A DNA stretch of 64,000 nt from IMG/VR virus record IMGVR_UViG_3300044695_008209, positions 96,001 through 160,000 of that record; one strand, written 5' to 3'. This DNA comes from a virus. Positions 9,127 through 19,300 of the stretch are shown in pieces. The translations under genes and the position numbers were made by a program. The notes below the pieces were generated by a model that saw nothing but the letters and a program-made list of their open reading frames with translations, had not been told where the DNA came from and did not search any database. Every line of letters starts with the position of its first letter. Position 1 is the stretch's first letter.

Positions 9127-10520
9127 GTGTCTCCCTTGACCAGCCAGCCAGTTTTTCGGCACCACTTCAGGACGGACTGCAGCATCCCGAAGCTGTGATG
9201 GACCTCCCTGTCTGCGAACAGGTCGACGACGGGGTCCAGCTTCCCCTTGAGGGGACGCAGGATCCTCCCCACCGACTGCACCCACTCAGTGGGGGCGTAA
9301 TCATCGATCGACAGCGGCGTCGTCATGACCAGCGCGCTGAGGTCGGGGCGGTTGTAGTTCTCCTTCCCGACGTGCAGGGTAGCGACCACCACCGGGTAGT
9401 TGTTGAGCTGCCGCAGCCGCTCCTCCGCACCCTTCTCGTCCCCGGTGATGCCGCCGGCGAGGATGCCGACGTCCGTGAGCGCCCCCACGAGCTCGTACAC
9501 GTGCTTCTTAGAGTGGCTCAGCACATACACCTTGTGCCCTTGAGCCAGCCGTTCTTGCACCACGCCCACGATCACCTGGTTGCGCTCAGAGAGGCTCCCC
9601 AGCTTCCCTCGCAGCTTGGAGATGTTCGGCTGCTTGAGGACGTCGAGGATGTCCGGGTCGTCGTCCGCGAGGACGGTCCCCGTCTCGTGCAGGTGCACGC
9701 TCGGCACCAGCGAGTCCTCGGAGGGGTCGTCGTACAGGACCGGTCCGAGGTGGTAGAGCACGATGCCCTCGCAGCGGTCTCGCCTCTTGAGCGTCGCCGT
9801 CAACCACAGGCGTTGCCCCATCGTCAGGTCCGACCCGCGGGCGAACCACTCCGCTGCCTGGTGGTGCGCCTCGTCGTAGATGGTGAGCGCGAACCGGGAG
9901 TGGAAGTCATCCGGGAGCTTCCCGGCCTCGGCGCGCTTCACGAGCGTCTGGATCGTCGAGAACACGACCTCGCGCCTGTAGTCGAGCTGGTCTCCAAGAA
10001 CCCACCCGACAGGCCCCTTCATGTCGAACATCGTGCGGAGCTCGGTCTCCCAGTTACGAAGGTGAGCCTCCTGGGCGGAGACCACCAGAACCGGGCCCCC
10101 TACGATGCACGCGTACCGCAGGCCGAGCACCGTCTTGCCCTTCCCGGTGTCCAGCCGGAGCCCGCCGTCCACCCCACCAGCCGCGGCGCCCTCCAGGGCA
10201 AGCCACGCTCCGTGCTGGTTGGGGCGGAGCGCGAACCCGGGCTTCGGGGCAAGGCTCGAGGGCGTGAAGGATGGTGGACGCAGGTCGACCACCTGGTCGA
10301 TGCCGAGACGGCGCAGTGCTGCCGGGAGGAGGTAGTTCCGCGGTACCTCAAGGTGGTGGGGGTGCCGACGTACCAGTGTGCGAGGCTCCATCCCCGCCTC
10401 GATCCCGAAGGTGAGCGCCGTGCGGATGGGTGCCTCCGCCACGAGGCTCTTGGGAAGGAAGAGGGACGCCCCGATGTACGTGACGTCGGGCTCCAGCACG
10501 GGCAGGCGGAAGGTCGGCAT
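9084..10520 (-). CDS. Superfamily 2 (DEAH) helicase
   Basis: LRPNQ Q-motif, DTGKGKT, IYDEAHH, TAT, QSVGRILR. Confidence 0.92.
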   Translation of the reverse strand: MPTFRLPVLEPDVTYIGASLFLPKSLVAEAPIRTALTFGIEAGMEPRTLVRRHPHHLEVPRNYLLPAALRRLGIDQVVDLRPPSFTPSSLAPKPGFALRPNQHGAWLALEGAAAGGVDGGLRLDTGKGKTVLGLRYACIVGGPVLVVSAQEAHLRNWETELRTMFDMKGPVGWVLGDQLDYRREVVFSTIQTLVKRAEAGKLPDDFHSRFALTIYDEAHHQAAEWFARGSDLTMGQRLWLTATLKRRDRCEGIVLYHLGPVLYDDPSEDSLVPSVHLHETGTVLADDDPDILDVLKQPNISKLRGKLGSLSERNQVIVGVVQERLAQGHKVYVLSHSKKHVYELVGALTDVGILAGGITGDEKGAEERLRQLNNYPVVVATLHVGKENYNRPDLSALVMTTPLSIDDYAPTEWVQSVGRILRPLKGKLDPVVDLFADREVHHSFGMLQSVLKWCRKTGWLVKGDTWTRTITAPRTWRA

Positions 10521-11006
10521 CTACTCGTCCTCGTCCTCTTCGTCGCGCGGCCGCCTGTCTGCGGGGCGCTGCTCTGTGGGCCGCTTCGCGGCGGTCCGCT
10601 TCTTCATGATCTCGCGGAACGGATCCTCGTAGGGCGCCCGGGGGATCTGGTCCAGGGCGAAGACGGACTCGACCAGCCCCGCGCGGGCGCCGGAGAGCAC
10701 GCCGTTGAACATCAGGGCCTCGAAGAAGCCCAGGGACGCTTCTTCACGTTCCAGGTAGGACTCGGGGTCGGGGTTGACGGCGATCGACGGACCGGGCCCG
10801 CGGCGCCCGTCCCTCCTCGTATCCCGGTCCTCTCGCCGGTCCCCGCGATCCTCACGATCGTCGCGGCGCTTGTTCTTCACGATGACGGCACAGGTCTGCT
10901 CCCAGCGACAGCGCTCGCATGTCCGGTCTCGGGGGTCGTGTTCTCGCGGATCGCCGAAGCAGTTCGGACGCCGGAGGTTGCTTGATTGGTCCTCGTGTCT
11001 GGGCAC
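10521..11006 (-). CDS. Hypothetical protein with 4-Cys cluster and Arg/Asp low-complexity tracts; first gene of the replication operon
   Basis: CFG-x11-CERC-x5-C; AAGGAGG RBS before GTG 11006. Confidence 0.72.
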   Translation of the reverse strand: MPRHEDQSSNLRRPNCFGDPREHDPRDRTCERCRWEQTCAVIVKNKRRDDREDRGDRREDRDTRRDGRRGPGPSIAVNPDPESYLEREEASLGFFEALMFNGVLSGARAGLVESVFALDQIPRAPYEDPFREIMKKRTAAKRPTEQRPADRRPRDEEDEDE

Positions 11007-11030
11007 TTAGAGCCCTCCTTGGTTACTCCC

Positions 11031-11058
11031 CTTATGACCGGGGTATGTTAGGGTCTGC
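11031..11058. promoter_or_regulatory. Divergent promoter region (leftward CATAAG, rightward GGTATGTT, shared TTAGGGTCTGC)
   Basis: Strand switch point; motifs recur at other switch points. Confidence 0.55.
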
Positions 11059-11086
11059 CCCACCTGCCCTCCGTCTGAGGTACCCG

Positions 11087-12109
11087 ATGCGCGTTCTCGA
11101 CATTGCCGACGACTCCGGCGCGTTCCTCCTGTCCCGGGTCGGGGCGGAGGACTTGAACCCCCTCGTGAAGACCGCTTCCTGGAAGGAACCGGCAGAGATG
11201 AGGACGCGGGACTACGCGCTCCTCCTCATCGACACGGACGGGAAGGAGCACGGGAAGTACGCCTGCCACGATCCCGGCAACGTCATCGTCTCCATGGCGT
11301 ACCTCGAGAACGCGCAGCCGTACCTCAACCGTGCCGCGGTGAAGACGGCGGCGGCCGTGCTGTCCTCGCTGGCACGGGACTGGGGACTCGAGGTGCCAGG
11401 CGAGATCCAGAAGCTGGCGAACCTCTCACTCTCCGAGACCGACCGACGGGACATCGTCGATGCCCGCCGCGTTCGCTACAACCCGCCGCGGCAGGGCAGC
11501 ACCCAGAAGACCGCCTCCAGCCCCTTCGAGAAGGTGGCCGAGGCGAAGGAGCGGTGGGCGGACCTCGACCCGTTCCAGCGGCGTGCCGTCGCCTGCGAGA
11601 TGATCAAGGCCGCCGAGAGCGTCCCCCTGTCCATCCCGAACCGGTTCTACCAGTACGCCGGCGAGAAGCTGAGCAGCGGGTTCTCCTCCGCCATGCACCG
11701 GCGCCTGGACTACGTGAGCGACCCGGAGGTGGCCGAGGGCTACAGGACCCTCGCGAAGATCGCGTCGGCCTGTGAGCCGGACAGCGTGGTCCAGTCCCTC
11801 TACGAGCTGGACGCGCTGGCGCACCTGCGCTGGGCCGGCGGGGACCGCTACGGGGACGACCTGGCGGACCCCGTGCGCTGCGTCTACTCGACGACCAAGA
11901 TCGCGGCCTACTCCTGGAACCACGGAGCCGAGTTCACGAACGAGAACGACCTCTTCGTGTTCTCCACCCATCCGACCGGCGGGTCCAGGTTCCTCAGCGT
12001 CTTCACCCCTGAGGTCTGGCAGCGCTTCCGTACCTCTCCCGTCTCGACCTTCCAGGCCATGCCGCTCGAGCAGAAGATCCTGGTGTCCCGCATGGCCCGC
12101 GAGGTGTAG
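11087..12109 (+). CDS. Probable internal head protein with 7 K-x-A motifs
   Basis: GAGG RBS before ATG 11087; VKTAS, VKTAA, QKLAN, QKTAS, EKVAE, AKIAS, TKIAA. Confidence 0.75.
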   Translation: MRVLDIADDSGAFLLSRVGAEDLNPLVKTASWKEPAEMRTRDYALLLIDTDGKEHGKYACHDPGNVIVSMAYLENAQPYLNRAAVKTAAAVLSSLARDWGLEVPGEIQKLANLSLSETDRRDIVDARRVRYNPPRQGSTQKTASSPFEKVAEAKERWADLDPFQRRAVACEMIKAAESVPLSIPNRFYQYAGEKLSSGFSSAMHRRLDYVSDPEVAEGYRTLAKIASACEPDSVVQSLYELDALAHLRWAGGDRYGDDLADPVRCVYSTTKIAAYSWNHGAEFTNENDLFVFSTHPTGGSRFLSVFTPEVWQRFRTSPVSTFQAMPLEQKILVSRMAREV

Positions 12110-12111
12110 CA

Positions 12112-12918
12112 ATGGCCGACGGGACTGCAGATCTCGTGCGGCTGCTTGCGGATCCAACCGCATCCCCGCTCGCCCTTATGAGAGCTTTTACGTCCAGATT
12201 CGGGGTCGAGTGGCTCACGTGGGACTACACGGCGCTGCGCATGACGCTCGAGCGGGAGCTCCACGTGCAGGTCTCCCCCCAGACGATGAGCAAGGCCGTC
12301 GGCGGTGCTGCCATCGCGGTGAGCGACACCTTCTGGACAGACTGGGAGCACTTCCACTTCCTGGTCCAGGCGCTGAACGGGCGCATCCCCGACTTCAAGA
12401 ACCACCAGGAGCTGTCCGTTGGCCTGATGATGCGGGCCGTCCTGGTCGCCCAGGCGATCCGGAAGGAACTCGGCAAGCTCGTCGAGACGGTCCCCTTCTC
12501 GGAGGAGGTCGCGCGCTACGTCGCCGCCCAGGCGCTGCAAGCAGGAGTCTGGTACCTGCCTCCTCCGCTGGAGTTCGCCACCCGGCACGCCAGCGGGCTG
12601 AGCTACCGGTGCAAGGACTGCGGCAACACGTCCCCGGTCTTCGTTGACGACGGTCTCTGCGACGTCTGCGTGCACCGCTTCGACACGAGCCAGCTCGGCA
12701 GGTGGACGCCCGACCCGGAAGAGCTCGCGAAGGGCCGCGGGAGCAGCATCGAGTACTTCGAGAAGAATCCGACAGGTCCGATCGTCCGGAGGCTCCAAGA
12801 GTTGCACGACCACCCCGGTCGCACGCTCCAGGAGAACCAGACGGACATCTGCACCGGGAAGATCCTCGCCGCGGTAGAGTACGCACGCCAAGGGCAGTCC
12901 GGGGAGTCCGCGTGGTAG
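12112..12918 (+). CDS. Hypothetical protein with two CxxC pairs
   Basis: GAGG RBS; CKDC...CDVC. Confidence 0.75.
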   Translation: MADGTADLVRLLADPTASPLALMRAFTSRFGVEWLTWDYTALRMTLERELHVQVSPQTMSKAVGGAAIAVSDTFWTDWEHFHFLVQALNGRIPDFKNHQELSVGLMMRAVLVAQAIRKELGKLVETVPFSEEVARYVAAQALQAGVWYLPPPLEFATRHASGLSYRCKDCGNTSPVFVDDGLCDVCVHRFDTSQLGRWTPDPEELAKGRGSSIEYFEKNPTGPIVRRLQELHDHPGRTLQENQTDICTGKILAAVEYARQGQSGESAW

Positions 12919-13514
12919 ACCACCTCATGTACCGAGCCTGCTTCCGCGAGCTGGAGAAGTCCGCTGGGCTGGGGACCCGCGCAGCGGCCTGGGCCGGCGG
13001 GCACGCCGCACAGGTCGGTGGTGCCGTGAAGCACTTCGCTCACGACGTGGGGGATGCCGCACTGGGCACGGTGCGCCCCAGCGCGTGGAAGGCGGGGGTT
13101 CAGGCCGGCAGAGAGGAGATGAAGAAGGGTCCCTTGGCCGCGGGCATGACGGCTCTCATGGTGCCCATGACCGCCGCCGACACGGTGCACACCATGAAGA
13201 CGAAGGTGGACCCCGTCACCGGGCGGCAGATCGGTCTCGGGGAGCGAACTGCCGTCGCCGCGGGACGCATCGGTTCCTCGGTGGCCGGGATGCGCTACAT
13301 GAACGCGCAGAGCGGAGGCTTCTTGCGCGGCATGGGCGTTCAGGCGGGCGGGGCGGTGCTCACCGACGCGGTCACCAGCCGGGTCGGCCGCGCAGCTGAC
13401 AACTTGGCCGCGCGCAAGCCGCCTGCGACAGCGATCGGCGCAGGTGTCGGTACCCCCAACCGCGTCGTGCCTCACCTTGGGGGCGGGACACCCGTCGCTC
13501 GAGGAGTCGTATGA
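12912..13514 (+). CDS. Gly/Ala-rich probable head cargo protein (start moved to GTG 12912 or ATG 12927)
   Basis: GGGGAG RBS; FRELEKSAG motif; amphipathic Gly/Ala segments; ATGA coupling to portal. Confidence 0.65.
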   Translation: MVDHLMYRACFRELEKSAGLGTRAAAWAGGHAAQVGGAVKHFAHDVGDAALGTVRPSAWKAGVQAGREEMKKGPLAAGMTALMVPMTAADTVHTMKTKVDPVTGRQIGLGERTAVAAGRIGSSVAGMRYMNAQSGGFLRGMGVQAGGAVLTDAVTSRVGRAADNLAARKPPATAIGAGVGTPNRVVPHLGGGTPVARGVV

Positions 13515-15622
13515 GCTCCGACCCCACCCGCTTCTCTGGTCGCTCGACTACGGCCTCCTGGACGAGCCGCGGCTACGGCGTGCGGTACCCGTCGCCCTTC
13601 TTCGACGTCGCGCAGCAGTTCCTCCCGGAGAACGTGCACCAGCTGCACCTCTGGTGCCGCTTCTACTTCCTGACGAACCCCGTCATCAACGTCGCCTGTC
13701 AGAAGATGGCGGAGTACCCCGTCACGCCGCTCGTGTGGGAGACCGACGACAGCGAGCTCAAGTCCCTCTACACCAGCCTTGAGGCCCACCTTCGCCTGCG
13801 CCAGTTCCAGGTCGAGATCGGCCTGGACTACAACGTCTACGGAAACGGCTTCGCCAGCGTCTTCTTCCAGTTGGAGAAGTACCTGGTCTGCAAGAACTGC
13901 AAGGAGCGGTACCGCGCCTCGAAGAACCGCAGCCGCTACAAGTGGAAGAACGGGCGCTTCTTCCTCACCTGCGGGAAGTGCCACACGGAGGAGTACGCGG
14001 ACCAGGCCGACACCTACCCGCGGAACGTGCGCGGGGCCCGACTGGTCCGGTGGAACCCCGAGAACGTCGAGATCAAGCACAACGAGGTCACCGGCAACAG
14101 CCGCTACTACTACCGGCTCCCGCGGAGCGTCACGAACGACGTAAGGCTCGGGGACCCTGAGACCATCGAGACCCTCCCCTACCAGTTCCTCGAGGCGGCC
14201 CGCACTGGCAAGGCGCTCCTCTTCCACCCGGACAACTTCTTCCACCTGAAGCGCCCCACCATCGCCCAGAAGGACCAGGGCTGGGGATCGCCGCTGATCT
14301 TCCCGCTCCTCAAGGACGCCTTCTACCTGCAGGTCATGAAGAAGGCGCAGGAGAGCCTCCTTCTTGAGCACGTCGTCCCTCTGCGCATCGTCTTCCCGGG
14401 CCCCACCACAGGGGGGAACGACGGTCCCTTCGGTGCGTACAACCTGACGAACTGGAAGCAGAAGATCGACATCGAGCTGGCCATGTGGAAGCGGGACCAT
14501 AACTACATCCCGATCCTGCCCATGAACATCGGGTTCCAGCAGATCGGCGGGCAGGCCAAGGCGCTCATCCTGCACCAGGAGTTCCGCATCCACGCCGAGC
14601 AGATGCTCGCCGGTGCGGGCATCCCGGTGGAGTTCGTCTACGGCGGCCTCCAGTGGAGCTCCTCGAACACCTCGCTGCGCGCCTTGGAGAACACCTTCCT
14701 CGGCTACAACATCGAGCGCTTCAACCTCACGCGCTTCGTCGTCGACAAGGTCGCTGCCCACATGGGGTGGCCGACGATCCCGTTCCGCTTTGAGAAGTTC
14801 CGCATGGCGGACGACCTCCAGCGCGCGATGTTCTACTTCCAGCTCAACCAGGCGCAGAAGGTCTCGGACCAGCGCCTGTTGGAAGAAGTCGGCGAGGACT
14901 GGGACACCGAGAGCGAGCGCATCGCCGGCGAGCGCGTGAAGCAGATCGACGCGCAGAGGAAGTCGCAGCTGGCGACTGCCGAGATCCAGGGCGCAGCGCT
15001 GCTCCGCACTTCGCGCTACCAGGCCAAGGCCAACGAGCTGACGATGCTCGCGCAGAACAACGCCCAGATGCAGATCCAGCAGGCCCAGGCAGACGCCGGG
15101 ATGCTGGCGCCACCTGGAGCCGACCCGAACGCACAGGCAGCCGGCGGCCCGGCCGCGCCTCCGGCGGGAGCAGCGCCAGGAGCTCCGGGCAGCCCCGGGG
15201 CCGGTGCGCCGCCCGAGGACCCGGCTGCAGCCGGGCCGCCGGCACCCGTAGACCCCAACGCTGCACCCCCTGCCGGGGGACCCGCCATGTACGCCGAGAA
15301 CGCAGGAGCGCCGAACACCTCGGCAGCGCCCGTCGCCATGGCTGGGATGGAGTCGCCCCTGCAGATGGGCCAGGGCGGGATGGACCTCCGGTACGTCGCA
15401 CAGCGCGCGGCGGCCTACCTTCGCACGGTGGAGGCGCAGAACGGCAAGCAGGCGATGTTCCAGGAGCTGCAGAAGCTCCAGATGGAGAACCCGCCCATGT
15501 ACCAGCTCGTGGTGCAGCTCCTGAACGACACCGGATCTGCGGCAGATCCGATGAACGCGGCCAAGTCCCCGACCACGCCTCGCTCGGCAGCACAGCGGGA
15601 CCCCAGCCGGACTGTGGGCTAA
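13511..15622 (+). CDS. Portal protein with Zn-ribbon insertion and Pro/Ala-rich C-terminal extension
   Basis: NPVINVACQKMAEYP, LDYNVYGNGF, WNPENV, FHLKRP...WGSPLI pattern typical of portals. Confidence 0.75.
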   Translation: MSSDPTRFSGRSTTASWTSRGYGVRYPSPFFDVAQQFLPENVHQLHLWCRFYFLTNPVINVACQKMAEYPVTPLVWETDDSELKSLYTSLEAHLRLRQFQVEIGLDYNVYGNGFASVFFQLEKYLVCKNCKERYRASKNRSRYKWKNGRFFLTCGKCHTEEYADQADTYPRNVRGARLVRWNPENVEIKHNEVTGNSRYYYRLPRSVTNDVRLGDPETIETLPYQFLEAARTGKALLFHPDNFFHLKRPTIAQKDQGWGSPLIFPLLKDAFYLQVMKKAQESLLLEHVVPLRIVFPGPTTGGNDGPFGAYNLTNWKQKIDIELAMWKRDHNYIPILPMNIGFQQIGGQAKALILHQEFRIHAEQMLAGAGIPVEFVYGGLQWSSSNTSLRALENTFLGYNIERFNLTRFVVDKVAAHMGWPTIPFRFEKFRMADDLQRAMFYFQLNQAQKVSDQRLLEEVGEDWDTESERIAGERVKQIDAQRKSQLATAEIQGAALLRTSRYQAKANELTMLAQNNAQMQIQQAQADAGMLAPPGADPNAQAAGGPAAPPAGAAPGAPGSPGAGAPPEDPAAAGPPAPVDPNAAPPAGGPAMYAENAGAPNTSAAPVAMAGMESPLQMGQGGMDLRYVAQRAAAYLRTVEAQNGKQAMFQELQKLQMENPPMYQLVVQLLNDTGSAADPMNAAKSPTTPRSAAQRDPSRTVG

Positions 15623-15632
15623 AGGGCGGCCC

Positions 15633-16022
15633 CTACCGGGGGACCGCCAACATCAGGACGGAGCTCGCCTCGCCACACGCGTCGCACTCCCCGTCTTTCC
15701 AGTACGGCTGCACTGCGAACCCCCCGGTGCAGGTCGAGCACACCCACACGTAGTCCGGCGCCCTGTCCCCCAGTTCCTCCGACAGGAGCGGACATTCCCC
15801 GCAGTTGACGTCCCCGCACATCCCCCCGCGGTTGTACCTGCCGGCCGGCAGTCGAGCGCGCGCACTTCTGGTGCTGCGCTCGAGCAGGGGGCAGAACGCG
15901 AGGAGCCCTCCCTCCCCCGGGATCGTCGGGTCTACTCGAAGGGCCGTCCGTCCGGCGGGTTCATCCAGCTGCGTGCGATCTCGAAGCCGCCGGAGCGGGG
16001 AGTCTCGTCGCCGCTCAGGCAC
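15633..16022 (-). CDS. Small Cys-rich Zn-finger protein (may start at ATG 15821)
   Basis: CGEC, CSTC, CDAC in the last 62 aa. Confidence 0.5.
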   Translation of the reverse strand: MPERRRDSPLRRLRDRTQLDEPAGRTALRVDPTIPGEGGLLAFCPLLERSTRSARARLPAGRYNRGGMCGDVNCGECPLLSEELGDRAPDYVWVCSTCTGGFAVQPYWKDGECDACGEASSVLMLAVPR

Positions 16023-16125
16023 GGCTACCCTGCCTCTGGGCCTTCATCGAGTTTCCGAAGTCTACGATGAAGGCCATCGCGCCTCCCACGAACGCGAAGA
16101 CCATCATCCATGCCAGTGGACTCAT
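16015..16125 (-). CDS. Small single-TM membrane peptide (36 aa), not in the ORF track
   Basis: GGGAG RBS, MSPLAWMMVFAFVGGAMAFIVDFGNSMKAQRQGSRA, stop overlaps next GTG. Confidence 0.45.
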   Translation of the reverse strand: MSPLAWMMVFAFVGGAMAFIVDFGNSMKAQRQGSRA

Positions 16126-16273
16126 CAACATCTCCCAGATGCGCCTCGGCGCTCGGTCCTGATACGGCGTTCTCGACGAGCTGCGCAAAAGCGCGTAGCT
16201 CGGTCCCCTGCGGTGCGGTGCTGCGCCTCTGACGGGGCACCTTCGGACGTCCCGTGGTAGATATGTCGGACAC
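16025..16273 (-). CDS. Possible small hypothetical protein (82 aa)
   Basis: GGAGG RBS 5 nt before GTG, just downstream of GGCATAAG; 3' half has poor codon usage and overlaps the membrane peptide. Confidence 0.35.
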   Translation of the reverse strand: MSDISTTGRPKVPRQRRSTAPQGTELRAFAQLVENAVSGPSAEAHLGDVDESTGMDDGLRVRGRRDGLHRRLRKLDEGPEAG

Positions 16274-16318
16274 GGTCACCTCCACTTCTCTTATGCCGGA
16301 TAGCGGAGAACTTCTACG

Positions 16319-19300
16319 ATGCCGAACCTGAACCCGGAAGCCGCCTTCGAGAGCCTCAAGGGACAGGTGGCGGCGACGATCCGGGCACAGTTCCCTTTCG
16401 AGGGTGCCACGCGCCGGCTCGAGATCCTGGACGTCCTCTTCGACGAGAAGTCCAACACTGCCGCGGATGCGCACCACATCGACAACCTGGAGGAGCAGCT
16501 CAAGGCACGCACGACGGGCATGACGTGGGGCGTGAAGGTCCGCGGCCACCTGCGCCTCGTGGACAAGGCCTCCGGGCACACCGTCGAAGAGGCGACCGTC
16601 ACCCTGACCAACCTCCCCAAGATCACGCGCCGCTACTCCTACATCATCGACGGGCAGGAGAGGCAGCACGACAGCGTCTTCCGCTCGAAGTCGCGGGCCT
16701 ACCACCGCATCGCGTCGAACGGCGACATCCAGGCACGCTGGAACCTGGCACGCGGCCACGGGTTCGACCTCACGTACGACCCGGTGAAGGGCCGGATGGT
16801 CATGACGATCGGGGACTCGAACATCCCGCTCTACTCCGTGCTCCGCGTCCTCAACGTGGGGGACGCCGCGATGGAGCGGCAGTGGGGGCCCGAGGTGTTC
16901 CGCGACAACGTCAAGGCGGCGAAGCCGGGAGACGTGGACAAGATCTACACGGCGCTGCACCTGCGCATGGCTGACCGGTCTCCCGGCTCTCCGGCGCAGC
17001 GCGCAGAGAAGATCCGCGAGTACTTCGAGCAGGAGACGGAGGTGCTGCCGGACGCGATGAAGGCCGCCTTCGGCAAGGAGTACACCACCGTCAACGGAGA
17101 GAACCTCCTCCTCTCGTCCGGGCGACTCCTCGCCATCCAGAAGGGCCGCCTGAAGGAAGACCCTCCCGCGCACGAGCTCCCGGACGACCGGCAGGCCCTG
17201 TCCGCGAAGTACCTCGCGACGACGGAGGACTTCGTGATCGAGGCTCTTCGCCACCACGAGGCGAGCCTGCGGAAGCAGGTTCACGACCGCATCGACAAGC
17301 CCGAGTACAGCATCACCGACATCATGTCGCCGAACTCCTACGGGCGCGTCGTGCTCTCTCCCTTCCAGCACGCCCAGCGCCCGGAGCAGACCAACCCGCT
17401 GCAGTTCCTCTCCGGGTACATGCGCACGACCATCCGTGGCAAGGAGTTCGGCGGCGTCGGCGGCGAGAAGATCAACCTGGACGTCGAGAAGGAGCTGAAC
17501 CCCACCCACCTCGGGTTCATCGACCCCATCCAGACCCCCGAGGGGGAGGACACGGGCATCGCGCTCAACCTGCCGCTCGGGATCTCCCTGACGCGCGGGA
17601 CTGCCCGCCCCGGCACGAAGAGCCGCGCATCTCCGGGGCAGGAGATCCGCACGAAGGTCTACGACACCAAGGCCGGGCAGCTCGTGCTGGCGACGCCGGC
17701 GGAGCTCGAGCACGAGATCGTCGCGTACCCGGACCAGGTGCGCTGGACAGCCGGCCGTCCTACTCCAATCGCGAACGAGGTCATCTGCTACGACGAGCAG
17801 CGGAAGACCTCGAAGCGCCCGTGGTCCAAGGTGCGGTACGTGCTCCCCTCCGCGAAGGCGCTCCTCTCCTTCAGCGCGAACCTCATCCCCTTCCTGCAGA
17901 ACAACAACGGCAACCGGGCGATGATGGCGGCCAAGCAGCAGGAGCAGGCACTCGCGCTGGTACACCGCGAGGCCCCGCTCGTGCAGGTCAAGACGGACGG
18001 CACCAGCACCTTCGAGCACGTCGTCGGGTCCTTCGTCACGCACACGGCCCCTGAGGCAGGGGTGGTGAAGCACGTTGAGCCGGGAGCCATCCACCTCCAG
18101 ACACAGTCGGGGCTGGTGAAGATCCCCACCTACAACCACTTCCCCTTGAACGGAGGGAAGAACTCGCTGCACTCCATCCCGGTGGTGAAGGCGGGGCAGT
18201 CGGTGGAGAAGGGGGCCCTCCTCGCGGACTCGAACTACACGAAGGACGGGGCCCTCGCTCTCGGGGCGAACCTCCGCGTGGCGTACGTGCCTTGGAAGGG
18301 CCTGACCTTCGAGGACGGCATCGTCGTGTCCGAGAGCGCCGCGAAGCGCATGTCGTCCGACCACATGCACGCGCTCGAGATCACGGTCTACGCGGGCATG
18401 GTCGGAGCGGAGCCCGGCGCGATGGCGAGGTGGCGCGACTATGCGACGCCGGCGCGCGGCACGTCCGAGCACGTCAGCAAGCTGGACGACCGCGGGATCA
18501 TCCGCGAGGGGACAGTCGTCCACACGGGCGACGTCCTCGTCGCCGTTCTCAGCCCGAAGCAGCCGAATGAGTCTGACTTGGCCGCGGGGCGCATCCACAA
18601 GACGCTGGCGAAGTCGTACCGGGACGCCTCCCTCGTCTGGGACCACGACTACTCTGGCAAGGTCGTGCGCGTGCTCGTCTCGGAGGCGATGAACCGGAAG
18701 CACGTCACGGTCCACATCGCGACGGAACAGCCGCTGGTGGTCGGAGACAAGCTGGCTGGTCGACACGGCAACAAGGGCATCATCAGCCGCATCGTGCCGG
18801 ACCACGAGATGCCCCACACGGCTGACGGCGCTCCGGCAGACCTGCTGCTCAACCCCGCCGGGGTACCGAGCCGCATGAACATCGGTCAGGTCCTGGAGAC
18901 CGCGGCCTCGAAGATCGCCCAGAAGACGGGCAAGCCCTACGTCGTGGAGAACTTCGTCTCGGGGGTCGACTACTCCGCGAAGGTCATGCAGGAGATGCAG
19001 AAACACGGGCTGACGGACACGGAGGAGATGTTCGACCCCGTGACCAAGCGGTCCATCGGCAAGATCATGGTCGGCCCGCAGTACATGCTCAAGCTCCACC
19101 ACCAGGTGGAGAAGAAGGCGACCGCGCGCTCGATGGAGACCGGGTACACCCACACTGGTGAGGCCCCGAAGGGGTCCGGCATCCCTGGCGGTGGCCAGAA
19201 GATGGACATGCTCACGACGTACGCGATGCTCGCGCACGGGGCCAACCACAACCTCCGCGAGGCGTACACCTTCAAGAGCGACGGGGACCAGAACGCCGCC

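Noticed and set aside
227-10985. Long plus-strand ORFs over the replication block (227..1627, 4492..6864, 7619..9049, 9195..10985)
   Set aside because: Shadows of motif-supported minus-strand genes
12175-12180. CATAAG copy as a promoter
   Set aside because: Inside a rightward CDS with no leftward gene downstream; treated as chance
15625-15648. Terminator at the portal / Zn-finger convergence
   Set aside because: Imperfect stem overlapping a CDS end; too weak to call
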